From assembly GCA_009693335.1 (NCBI GenBank), contig SHXK01000002.1, forward strand, positions 339 to 64,338: a stretch of 64,000 nucleotides of DNA, written 5' to 3'. Below, piece after piece: positions 30,340 to 38,936 of this stretch (position 1 is the first letter of the stretch; each line of letters opens with the position of its first letter). The position numbers and the translations under genes are program-made. Under the pieces are notes generated by a model, which saw nothing but the letters and a program-made list of their open reading frames with translations, had not been told where the DNA came from and did no database searches. The DNA comes from Betaproteobacteria bacterium (GTDB lineage Bacteria > Pseudomonadota > Gammaproteobacteria > Burkholderiales > SG8-39).

Positions 30340-30353
30340 TTGACTGCGGTCAA
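30340..30353. promoter_or_regulatory. FNR/CRP-type box TTGACTGCGGTCAA upstream of fdhB
   Basis: The 14-mer is identical to the oxc box. Exactly 23 nt downstream on the minus strand is GATAAT (30311..30316), which ends 6 nt before the fdhB GTG. Confidence 0.55.
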
Positions 30354-30398
30354 TACCGGTCAATACCGGCCAATGCCAGTCAATATCCGTCAATATCC
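30349..30398. repeat. Five tandem 10-bp units carrying a GTCAAT half-site
   Basis: GTCAATACCG GTCAATACCG GCCAATGCCA GTCAATATCC GTCAATATCC. The first unit is the right arm of the palindromic box, and the last units overlap the stop of the P450 gene. Confidence 0.8.
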
Positions 30399-31658
30399 CA
30401 CCCGCAGCGGCAGCGACTTCATGCCGCGGAACACCATGGAATTAAGCCACTCGAGGCGCGCCTCGGCTACCGAGAGCTCGATGCGTGGCCAGTGCTTCAG
30501 CACCGCAGGCAACGCCACCTGGCCTTCCATGCGCGCGAGCGGAAAACCAAGGCAGATATGCAGGCCGAAGCCGAAACTCAGGTGCGCGGGTCCGCCGCGC
30601 GCCAGCTGCAGCCGGTCAGGCTGCGCATAGACCTCGGGGTCGCGGTTGGCGGCGTTGAGCATCAGGAACACCCGCTCGCCGGGCTGCAAACGCTTGCCAC
30701 ACATTTCCTGCTCGACCTTGACGATGCGCACCTGCGCGCCGCTCGGCCCGTCGTAGCGCAACAGCTCTTCGATGGCGCGCGGCGCAAGGCTCGCATCCTG
30801 GCGCAGGGCCTGCAACTCTCCGGGAAAACGCAACAACGACAGCATGCCGTTGGCGATGTGGTTGGTGGTGGTCTCGTGGCCGGCGAACAGCAGCAGGATG
30901 CAGGTTGCGATCAGCTCGTCTTCTGTAAGCCGGTCGCCGTTGTCTTCGAGATGAACCAGTTGCGACAACAGGTCTGACCTTGGCGTTTTCTTTCTGTCCT
31001 GGATGAGTTCGCGAAAAAAATCTGCCATCTCGTGCGTCGCGGCCTCGGCGATAACGTACTTCTCGGGCGACATGCGCGAGCTGCCAATGAACAGCGCCAT
31101 GTCGTCCGACATGCGCTTGACCTTCGCCAACGCCTCGCGTGGCACGCCCAGCATCGACATGATCACGAGCGCGGGCAAGAGGCCCGCGAAATCGGCGATG
31201 AAGTCGATCTCGCCGGTGTCGCCGATGCGCTCGCGTATGTTTCCGAACAGCCACTCGACCAGCTCTTCGGCGGTCGAGCGCATGGCATTCATCGACTGGA
31301 GATGGAATACCTTGCTCGTCAGGCGGCGCAGCCGCGTATGTTCCGGCGGGTCGCGGAAAACCATCCAGGTCGACAAGTAACGAATGATGTCGCCGATGCG
31401 CGCCGCTTCCGCGCTCGGCAAGGTGGCAAAGAACGGCCGCATCCGGTCCGACGAAACTCCGGGCTCGAGCAGCACCTGGCGCACATCATCGTAACGCGTC
31501 AGCACCCAGGCCTTGAGGCGCGGGCTCCAGTGCACCGGGTCCTCTTGCCGCAAGCGGTGGTAAAGCGGGAACGGGTCGGCGAGGAATTCCGGTGCCTCGG
31601 GACGAAACTCGATGTTGCTCTTGACCTCCACAACCTGCGGACCAATACGGGGACTCAT
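30390..31658 (-). CDS. Cytochrome P450
   Basis: Heme-thiolate loop FGFGLHICLGFPLA, the I-helix LLFAGHETTTN and the ExxR motif (ELLRYD). Confidence 0.92.
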   Translation of the reverse strand: MSPRIGPQVVEVKSNIEFRPEAPEFLADPFPLYHRLRQEDPVHWSPRLKAWVLTRYDDVRQVLLEPGVSSDRMRPFFATLPSAEAARIGDIIRYLSTWMVFRDPPEHTRLRRLTSKVFHLQSMNAMRSTAEELVEWLFGNIRERIGDTGEIDFIADFAGLLPALVIMSMLGVPREALAKVKRMSDDMALFIGSSRMSPEKYVIAEAATHEMADFFRELIQDRKKTPRSDLLSQLVHLEDNGDRLTEDELIATCILLLFAGHETTTNHIANGMLSLLRFPGELQALRQDASLAPRAIEELLRYDGPSGAQVRIVKVEQEMCGKRLQPGERVFLMLNAANRDPEVYAQPDRLQLARGGPAHLSFGFGLHICLGFPLARMEGQVALPAVLKHWPRIELSVAEARLEWLNSMVFRGMKSLPLRVGY

Positions 31659-32623
31659 TCTCCCTTGATGCTCGCGTCCTTGACCAGCTTGGACCAGCGC
31701 GCCAGGTCCTCCCGTATCAGGGTGGCGAATTCCCCTGGGGTGCTCCCGCGCACGTCGAACAACTGCGCCTCGAGCCTCCCGCGCACCTCCTCGGTCTTCA
31801 GCGCTGCCTCCAGCACCGCGTTGAGACGCTGCACAATCGCCGGTGGCGTACCCGCGGGGGCGAGCAGGCCGAACCAGATGTCGGCGTTGTAGCCTTCGAA
31901 GCCGGCCGATTCAGAGATCACCGGCGTGGCGCTGTCCACTTTGGAACGGGTCGGCGAGGCGAGCGCCAGCACCCGCAGCCGCCCGCCCTTCGCCTGCGCG
32001 CTGGTGTTGGTGATGGTGTTGAACAGCACCGGCACCTGCCCTGAGACGCCATCGACGATCGCCGGCGCGCAGCCACGGTAGGGCACGTGCAGGATCTCCA
32101 CCTTGGCCACGTGTTTGAACAACTCTCCGGCGAGATGCATCGCCGAGCCGTTGCCGCAAGAGGAATAGCTCAGCTTACCCGGCTGCGCGCGCGCCATGGC
32201 CACCAGCTCGGCCACGCTCTTTGCCGCAAACGACGGGTGCACGGCGAGCGCCACCGCGGTCGAACCCACGGTGCCGATGGGGGCGAAATCCTTCACCGCG
32301 TCGTAGGGTGTCTTGCCCAACGAAGGCGCGGTGACCACGGTGTTGTTCGCCACCAGGATGGTATAGCCATCGGCAGCCGCTTTGGCCCCCAGATCGATGC
32401 CGATGACACCGCCGGCGCCGGTCTTGTGCTCGAGTACGATCTGCTGCCCGAGCAACTCCATCATTCTGGGCTGCAGGATGCGCGACACCAGATCGGTGCC
32501 GCCGCCGGGTGGGAACGGCGAAATGAAGCGGATCGGCCTGGACGGATAGGCTTGCGCTGCGGCACTCGCGCTGACAAACATCAGTGCGGCGCATAAAACG
32601 CCGGAAAAAAACCTTCGCATCAT
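31655..32623 (-). CDS. Bug family (TctC-like) periplasmic substrate-binding protein
   Basis: Signal peptide then YPSRPIRFISPFPPGGGTDLVSR. The stop overlaps the P450 start (ATGA). Confidence 0.88.
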   Translation of the reverse strand: MMRRFFSGVLCAALMFVSASAAAQAYPSRPIRFISPFPPGGGTDLVSRILQPRMMELLGQQIVLEHKTGAGGVIGIDLGAKAAADGYTILVANNTVVTAPSLGKTPYDAVKDFAPIGTVGSTAVALAVHPSFAAKSVAELVAMARAQPGKLSYSSCGNGSAMHLAGELFKHVAKVEILHVPYRGCAPAIVDGVSGQVPVLFNTITNTSAQAKGGRLRVLALASPTRSKVDSATPVISESAGFEGYNADIWFGLLAPAGTPPAIVQRLNAVLEAALKTEEVRGRLEAQLFDVRGSTPGEFATLIREDLARWSKLVKDASIKGE

Positions 32624-32671
32624 GAATTAATCCTCCCAAGAGCAAGTTTAGACCACAATAGGATTTCGTCC

Positions 32672-32707
32672 AACGCACGAGTGCACGAGAGCGTTCCTGC
32701 CAACGCA
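32672..32707. repeat. Copy A of a short repeated palindromic motif (AACGCAC-GA-GTGC...GTTCCTGC-CAACGCA)
   Basis: Matches 56950..56978 except for an 8-nt tandem duplication (ACGAGTGC/ACGAGAGC) and two substitutions. Lies in a divergent intergenic region. Confidence 0.6.
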
Positions 32708-32721
32708 ATAGGGGATTCAAG

Positions 32722-33300
32722 ATGACTTCACCTGTCGATCCGAACGACGTCCTCATGACCGGGGAGAATTCATTCATTCGTTTCAGCCCCGACGGCGGCA
32801 AGACGCAGACCGACCGCGTCAGCCACTGGCGTGTACTGTGGTGCCCGGTGGGTGCGGGTCACGCCCTCTTCATGCAAAGCACCCTGTCTGACGGCGCGGT
32901 GCGCATCTGGTCCGACAACGTCCCGGTGGTGCGCTGGCTGCAGCAGGAGATCGAATCGCTTCTGTTCCCGCCCTTCGCGGATGCAAAAACGCTGGTGGAG
33001 CCCGCGGCATTCATCCGTTCGGGTGGCATCGACACCCGAGCTGCTGAGCTGGTCACTGCGAAGGACGCCGAGGTCCTGCTGTCCTGGGAGGACTTCATTG
33101 CCCCTTTCGTGCTCAACATGCCGCCCGGTTCGGCCGGCCGCCCGATCGGCGTGTTCAGCACTTTCTTCCCGGCGCGCGCAGCGCGCATCACCTTGAACGG
33201 TCGCGTCGCCACCGGTACGCCCTGGATGGAAAAGCGCGGCGCGCGCGATTCGACCAGCGCCTGTCTGGCGTGGTCGGAGACCTGGGTCAAACCCCGCTAA
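32722..33300 (+). CDS. Hypothetical protein (192 aa)
   Basis: Coding-like codon usage. No TM helix, signal peptide or recognisable motif. Confidence 0.5.
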   Translation: MTSPVDPNDVLMTGENSFIRFSPDGGKTQTDRVSHWRVLWCPVGAGHALFMQSTLSDGAVRIWSDNVPVVRWLQQEIESLLFPPFADAKTLVEPAAFIRSGGIDTRAAELVTAKDAEVLLSWEDFIAPFVLNMPPGSAGRPIGVFSTFFPARAARITLNGRVATGTPWMEKRGARDSTSACLAWSETWVKPR

Positions 33301-33316
33301 GTTTCGCAGCCAACGC

Positions 33317-34216
33317 TCAGTAGTCGGCGGCGAGCGCGCTCGCCGGCTCCGCAGCGCCGAACGCGTCGCTGCGGTCCGAGGTGGTCGCCCGCTGCAGGTC
33401 GCGCGGCCAGCGCGTGTCCTCGTATTCCGTGCCCCGATGCATGGTGCAGCGGTTGTCCCACATGACCAGGTCGCCCACGCGCCAGCGATGCGTGTACAGG
33501 AACTGGCGCTGCGTGGCGTGTGCGATCAACTCCTTGACCAGGGTCTGCGCCTCTTCATCGGTCAGTCCGCGGATGCGGCCAATGTGTGAGGCGATGTAGA
33601 GCGTTTCGCGGTCGGACTCGGCAAGGCGCCGCAGCAGCGGACGGTGAACCGGCGCGAAGGCTACTTTCTCCTCCGGCGTGAAGGTGGTAAAGCCCAGCTT
33701 GCGACGCGAATAGATCAGCGAGTGCTCCGCGATCAATCCCCACAGGCGCGCTTTCAGCGCCGCGGGCAGAGCCTCGCAGGCCGCACGCAGATCGGCGAAT
33801 TCGGTATGCCCGCCAATCGGCGCCACCGAGCGCGCATACAGGAGCGATGCGTAACCGCTCGGCGCCTTGAACGAGCTGTCGGTGTGCCACAGACGGTTGC
33901 CCATCTGGAACAGGCGTATGCGCGTGTCCTTTTTCCACAGCTTGCCTTCGGCATCCATGTTGGCGATCTCCTCCCGCACGCGCAGTTTTTCGTTGCGCAG
34001 GGCGCGCTGCACCGTCACTTCCAGCGGCCCGAAGTGCGCGGCGAACGCCAGGTGCTGCTCCGTAGTGAGGGTTTGCGCCGGGAACGCCAGCACCGCATAA
34101 GTGGTGAAGGCTTCGCGCACCGCCTGCAGCGTGCCCGCATCCAGCGGCCGGCTTAGATCGATGTCACCCACCTCTGCGGCGAAGCTCGGCGTAAAGGGAA
34201 AGATCGAGATTGGCAT
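33317..34216 (-). CDS. TauD/TfdA family Fe(II)/2-oxoglutarate dioxygenase
   Basis: The listed ORF was trimmed to the ATG at 34216. H-x-D facial triad WHTDSSF, a distal His (IAHAT...) and the C-terminal RxxTMHR pattern (WDNRCTMHRG). Confidence 0.85.
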   Translation of the reverse strand: MPISIFPFTPSFAAEVGDIDLSRPLDAGTLQAVREAFTTYAVLAFPAQTLTTEQHLAFAAHFGPLEVTVQRALRNEKLRVREEIANMDAEGKLWKKDTRIRLFQMGNRLWHTDSSFKAPSGYASLLYARSVAPIGGHTEFADLRAACEALPAALKARLWGLIAEHSLIYSRRKLGFTTFTPEEKVAFAPVHRPLLRRLAESDRETLYIASHIGRIRGLTDEEAQTLVKELIAHATQRQFLYTHRWRVGDLVMWDNRCTMHRGTEYEDTRWPRDLQRATTSDRSDAFGAAEPASALAADY

Positions 34217-34314
34217 GGCTGGCGGGCGGGTTGCGGTGCGCAAGGTAGACTTGGCGCGATGATAACCCGCACCTGGCGTCGTGTGCCGCACGCTTCGCTT
34301 TCCCTGTAGGGCGC

Positions 34315-35226
34315 GTGAATACCTTCGCCGCTTCGCCGATTCCTGCCCAGCATAGGCACGGCATCGCCGTGCTGGTGCTGTGCACCTTCCTTTGGAGCAC
34401 AGCGGGCCTGGTCACGCGCGCTTCCTCTGTCACCAACGGCTGGGAGGCGGCATTCTGGCGCTCGTTGTTCCTCTGCGCGGTAATTACAGCGCTGATGCTC
34501 GCGCAGCACCGCGGCGGCGCCGCGCGCAGGCTGGTGACCATGGGATGGCCGGGATTTGTCTCCAGCCTAGCCTGGGCGACGATGCTTACCTGCTTCATGC
34601 TCGCGCTTAGCCTCATTACCGTCGCGAACGCGCTGCTCATGATGGGAGTGCTGCCGTTCTGCGCGGCGATCGCGGGCCGGCTGTTCCTGCGCGAAAGCGT
34701 CCCGACGCACACCTGGATTGCAATTGGCGGCGCGGCGGCCGGCATCGGCGTGATGTTTCACGACGCGCTGCGTTCCGGTAACTTCGCCGGCAGCCTGATT
34801 GCCCTCGCGGTGCCCGTCGCGGCCGCAGTCAACACCGTGGCGGTCAAGCTGGGGCGCGGCAGGGTGGACCTGGTGCCCGCGCTGCTGCTTGGTGGAGCGA
34901 TTTCGGTCCTGATCGCCTGGCCCATGGTCGGGCCGTTCAGCGCTGCGCCGCAGGACCTGGCGCTTTATGGCGCACTCGCGGTTTTCCAGCTGGCGCTGCC
35001 GTGCATTCTCCTGGTACGGGTGGTGCTGCCACGCCTGAGCGCAGTCGAGGTCGGGCTTCTGTCGTTGCTGGAAGTAGTTCTCGGACCGCTTTGGGTCTGG
35101 CTTGCGCTGGGCGAGAAACCCGCAAGCGCGGTCGTCACAGGAGGACTGGTGGTGCTTGCGGCAGTGGCGGTGAACGAGGGCATCTCCCTCGCGATAGAGC
35201 GGCGTCAGGCGGCGCCAGGGAGCTAG
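34315..35226 (+). CDS. DMT superfamily (EamA-type) transporter
   Basis: About 10 hydrophobic helices forming two EamA-like halves. GTG start. Confidence 0.8.
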   Translation: MNTFAASPIPAQHRHGIAVLVLCTFLWSTAGLVTRASSVTNGWEAAFWRSLFLCAVITALMLAQHRGGAARRLVTMGWPGFVSSLAWATMLTCFMLALSLITVANALLMMGVLPFCAAIAGRLFLRESVPTHTWIAIGGAAAGIGVMFHDALRSGNFAGSLIALAVPVAAAVNTVAVKLGRGRVDLVPALLLGGAISVLIAWPMVGPFSAAPQDLALYGALAVFQLALPCILLVRVVLPRLSAVEVGLLSLLEVVLGPLWVWLALGEKPASAVVTGGLVVLAAVAVNEGISLAIERRQAAPGS

Positions 35227-36668
35227 GGCAGAAGAACGATCGAACCGCTAGTACGCCGCGCCTCGAGGTCGCGGTGCGCCTCGGCGGCGGCCGCCAGCGG
35301 ATAGCGATGGTGCAACTCCACGCGTATCGTCTGCTCCCGCAACGCCTTGAAGACATGGCCGGCGATTTCCTGCAGCACGGCGCGCTCCGCGGTGTAGTGG
35401 AACAGCACCGGCCGCGACAGCGTGCCCGATTTCGAACTCAGATCGGGCTGCGCGTGGTGCGGCCCGCTCGCCTGGCCGTAGCAGACCCAGTGGCCGGTGA
35501 AGGCGAGCGCCTCCAGGTTCTCGGCCGCCGCCTCGCGCCCGAGACCGTCGTAGATCACCTCCGCCCCTCGGCCGTTGGTCAGGTTCTTCACCTCGCGCGC
35601 GAAGCTGTAGTTGCCGGTAACGATGGGGAAGTCGCAACCGTTGGCGCGCGCGCGACGTGCCTTGTCCTCGCTGGAAACGGTGCCGATCACTTTCGCACCC
35701 AGCCCCTTCGCCCACTGGCACAGCAGCAGGCCGACGCCGCCCGCTGCGGCGTGCACGAGCACGTTCTGCCCCGGACGCAGCCGGTGCGTGCGGTGCAGGA
35801 GGTACTCTGCGGTCATCCCCTTTAGCATCACCGCCGCCGCCATCTCGTCGCTCACCTCGTCCGGGAGCACCACTACCTGATCCGCGGGCATCGTGCGCAC
35901 GGTCGCATAAGCGCCAGGCAGTGAGCAGGCATAGGCAACACGGTCGCCCGGTAACAGGTGGGCGACACCCGTGCCAACGTCCTGCACGACTCCCGCCGCC
36001 TCCATGCCAATCGCCGCCGGCGGCTCGATCATGCGGTAAAGCCCCTTCCTTATATAGACGTCGATGTAATTCACCCCGATTGCCGTCTGCCGAATGCGCA
36101 CTTCGTTGTGCCCGGGCGCGCTTGCTGTAATGGGTTCGAAGCTGAGCACCTCAGGCCCGCCGAACGCTTTCACTACGATTGCCTGCGCCTGGAGGGCGTC
36201 GGCTGTGGCAGCCGGGCGCGAAACGTTGCCACCGCGACGCAGGAAAGCCCTCAGTCCTTCGAATCCGCTCTCGTAGACGCCCTTCCCCACCAGCTCCTCG
36301 AATTCCTTCTCACGCCCGCGCGGCACCTCGAAGGTGGACTGCCAGTGCCAGAACGTGCGCTCGCCGTCGGTAACCGGCTTCAGCTGCACCGTCGCCACAT
36401 AGCGCTGCATCGGCAGCGTGGCGTCGAGAATGCAATAGGTCGAAACATGGTCGCGGTCGGAGAGCGCCAGCAACTGCTCGCGGAGGTGGTTGCCGTCCTT
36501 GAGGAAGAAGTTGCGCACGCAGCCGACCTGATCGGCGGGCTCGCCATTTTCGATCTTCGATTCGCCGACCGCTGGATGCCAGGCCGAGTGGCTGTTGAAG
36601 TTGCGCAGCACCTCCCACACGCGCGCGATCGGCGCATCAATGACCGCGGAGCGCGTGACCCGAATCAT
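35223..36668 (-). CDS. SRPBCC domain fused to NADPH:quinone oxidoreductase (MDR/Qor family)
   Basis: Residues 1 to about 150 are paralogous to the neighbouring SRPBCC protein. The rest is Qor-like (VKAFGGPEVL, GVNYIDVY, nucleotide loop HAAAGGVGLLLCQWAK). Confidence 0.85.
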   Translation of the reverse strand: MIRVTRSAVIDAPIARVWEVLRNFNSHSAWHPAVGESKIENGEPADQVGCVRNFFLKDGNHLREQLLALSDRDHVSTYCILDATLPMQRYVATVQLKPVTDGERTFWHWQSTFEVPRGREKEFEELVGKGVYESGFEGLRAFLRRGGNVSRPAATADALQAQAIVVKAFGGPEVLSFEPITASAPGHNEVRIRQTAIGVNYIDVYIRKGLYRMIEPPAAIGMEAAGVVQDVGTGVAHLLPGDRVAYACSLPGAYATVRTMPADQVVVLPDEVSDEMAAAVMLKGMTAEYLLHRTHRLRPGQNVLVHAAAGGVGLLLCQWAKGLGAKVIGTVSSEDKARRARANGCDFPIVTGNYSFAREVKNLTNGRGAEVIYDGLGREAAAENLEALAFTGHWVCYGQASGPHHAQPDLSSKSGTLSRPVLFHYTAERAVLQEIAGHVFKALREQTIRVELHHRYPLAAAAEAHRDLEARRTSGSIVLLP

Positions 36669-36727
36669 GAAAAAAGTGAAAAAAGGAAAAAAAGAGGACG
36701 CACCACGTTTATCCGCTCCGCAAAATC

Positions 36728-36780
36728 AGGGACAGACCACGATTTCCGCCGCAGCGCGCTGGAAATCGTGGTCTGTCCCT
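36728..36780 (-). terminator. Perfect 20-bp inverted repeat (long hairpin) at the 3' end of the SRPBCC gene
   Basis: AGGGACAGACCACGATTTCC, a 13-nt loop, then GGAAATCGTGGTCTGTCCCT. On the minus strand it is followed by GATTTTGCGG, and it overlaps the stop codon at 36779..36781. Confidence 0.55.
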
Positions 36781-37216
36781 AATTCCTGAGCAGGGATTTG
36801 AGGGAGTTGAAGGCGGCCTGGAACACGCCCTGCCCGATCTTCTGCGCGAGCTCCTTTTCCCTCTCCGGCGCGCAGTCGAACTCGGCTGACCACTCGGCGA
36901 AGGTGTGGTTGCCGTCGGTCACCGGCGTGAGCTTGAGCGTGGCGACGTAGTTCGCCACGCTCATCGGGCTCTCCAGGATCGAATAGCTGCACTGATAGTC
37001 GTAGTCTGACAACGTCAGCAGCTGCTCGCGGATCACCCCGCCATCCTTGAGCCGGAAGTTACGCACGCAGCCAATCTTGTCGGCGGCAAGTTCGCCCTCG
37101 ATGCGTGACTCGGCGACGAAGGGCGTCCACTTCGGCAGGCCGTTGAAATCGCGCAACTGCGCCCACACCGCGTCGGCGGGCGCTTCGATCACGCTCGAGG
37201 TGTAGACCTTGATCAT
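36779..37216 (-). CDS. SRPBCC family protein (polyketide cyclase/dehydrase-like ligand-binding fold)
   Basis: 145 aa, roughly half identical by eye to the N-terminal domain of 35223..36668 (VGCVRNF-LKDG--REQLL-LSD, YVAT--L-PVTDG). Confidence 0.8.
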   Translation of the reverse strand: MIKVYTSSVIEAPADAVWAQLRDFNGLPKWTPFVAESRIEGELAADKIGCVRNFRLKDGGVIREQLLTLSDYDYQCSYSILESPMSVANYVATLKLTPVTDGNHTFAEWSAEFDCAPEREKELAQKIGQGVFQAAFNSLKSLLRN

Positions 37217-37220
37217 CGCG

Positions 37221-38936
37221 TTATTGGCTCCGTGACGGCTTGTCTTCGCTCAGCGCGGGCACAGCCTGTCCCTTTTCCAGCATGCTGCGCGCGACTTTGC
37301 CGATGTCGCCGCCGTCGACGCCGATCTCGCGTAGCAGCTGATCCACCAGTGGCGCTTGCGCGCGGAACCGCAGCGCCGAGTTGACCACGCTGTCGGCGAG
37401 CGAGACATCGCCATTGCCACCGCCATGGCCAATACCGCCAGAATTTCCCCCGCCCCCCAAGCCATCAACTTGCAGGATGCGGATCCCTTCGATGCGCTCC
37501 ATGGGCTTGACTGACTCGCGGATGATTCCTTCCATCTTGTCGATCAGCCGTATGCGCATCGCCGACATCCTCGCTTCGGGCGTGAGGACGTTCTGCGCCT
37601 GGTTCATCAGCCGCTGGCCCTCGGCTTCCACCTCGTGCCGGATCTTCGCGGCGATGGCGCTGATTTTCTCGGCATCTGCCTGTGCCTCGGCATTAGCCCG
37701 CACCGCCGCGCCGCGGTCGCTCGCCGCTACCTTCTCAGCTCCGGCCGCCACGGTGATGCGCAGCGCATCGCGCTCGGCCTCCTGCGCCGCGGCGATGAGT
37801 TCGATCTTCTTGCGCCGCTCAGCTATCTCGGTTTCGCGCGCGGTAAACACCCGCTCTTCCTCTGTCGTTGCCTTGGCGCGGGCCTGGTCGGCGGCGGCCT
37901 GCGCCTCGGACTGGGACTTGGACTGCTGGGCGACTGCGATGGCGCGCTGCTGCTCGGCGAGCTCGATCGACTTGCGGCGCTCGATCTCCATGGCCTGCAC
38001 GTCACGTTCCTTGGCAATACGCTCCTCCTCGACCGCGCGCTCGGCAACGATGCGCGCCCGGTCGACCGCCTCCCGCGCCGAGATCTGCGCACGCTCGGTT
38101 TCCTGCTCCTTGTGGGCGCGATCGCGCGCCACGTCTGATTTCTGCGCCGCGCGCTGCGTTTCGACTGCGCGCTCCTGGTCCAGACGCGCGGTTTCCAGTT
38201 CCCGGTCGATGTCCAGGGCTTGACGCTCAGTCTCAAGATTCTTGTTGCGGATCTGGATCATGGTGTCCTGCTCGATGTCGTTCCTCGTCTTCTTGCGCCG
38301 TTCGATCTGCTCGGTGAGCCTGGTGAGGCCTTCGGCGTCGAATGCGTTGGAGGGATTGAAGAACTCCATCGCGGTTTGGTCAAACTGGGTCAGCGACACA
38401 GTCTCCAGTTCGAGGCCGTTCTGCAGCAGGTCGGCCGCGACCACGGCGCGCACACGCTTCACGTATTCGCCGCGCTTCTCGTGCATTTGCTCCATGGTCA
38501 TTTCTGCGGCCACCGTGCGCAGCGCATCCACGAATTTTCCTTCGACCAACTCTTTCAGGGTTTCTGGCTGCAGGGTGCGCTGGCCGAGCGTCTGCGCCGC
38601 CGAGGCGATCGCATCGGGGCTCGCCTGCACGCGCACGTAGAATTCGCCGGTCACATCCACCCGCATGCGGTCGTGGGTGATGATCGCCTTGTCCCGGCCG
38701 CGCGAGACTTCCAGCCGCAGCGTGTTCATGTTCACCGGCACCACCTCGTGCACGATCGGCAGGACGAAGGCACCGCCGTTCATCACCACCTTTTGGCCAC
38801 CGAGGCCGGTGCGCACAAAGGCCCGCTCCTTCGAGGACCGCAGGTACAGCCAGTTGAGCAGCCAGACCACGATGGCGATAACAATAGCGACCGCGATCAG
38901 GCCGAGAATGAATTGTCCGAATTGCGATCCGCTCAT
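37221..38936 (-). CDS. Flotillin family (SPFH/band 7, YqiK-like) protein
   Basis: N-terminal TM helix, SPFH core ([20 protein letters not shown]...) and a long Ala/Glu/Arg-rich coiled coil. ATGA overlap with the upstream gene. Confidence 0.88.
   Translation of the reverse strand: MSGSQFGQFILGLIAVAIVIAIVVWLLNWLYLRSSKERAFVRTGLGGQKVVMNGGAFVLPIVHEVVPVNMNTLRLEVSRGRDKAIITHDRMRVDVTGEFYVRVQASPDAIASAAQTLGQRTLQPETLKELVEGKFVDALRTVAAEMTMEQMHEKRGEYVKRVRAVVAADLLQNGLELETVSLTQFDQTAMEFFNPSNAFDAEGLTRLTEQIERRKKTRNDIEQDTMIQIRNKNLETERQALDIDRELETARLDQERAVETQRAAQKSDVARDRAHKEQETERAQISAREAVDRARIVAERAVEEERIAKERDVQAMEIERRKSIELAEQQRAIAVAQQSKSQSEAQAAADQARAKATTEEERVFTARETEIAERRKKIELIAAAQEAERDALRITVAAGAEKVAASDRGAAVRANAEAQADAEKISAIAAKIRHEVEAEGQRLMNQAQNVLTPEARMSAMRIRLIDKMEGIIRESVKPMERIEGIRILQVDGLGGGGNSGGIGHGGGNGDVSLADSVVNSALRFRAQAPLVDQLLREIGVDGGDIGKVARSMLEKGQAVPALSEDKPSRSQ

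Noticed and set aside
30349-30398. The tandem decamers as a CRISPR array or minisatellite.
   Set aside because: The units are only 10 bp with no spacers and no cas genes. They are better explained as phased regulator half-sites.
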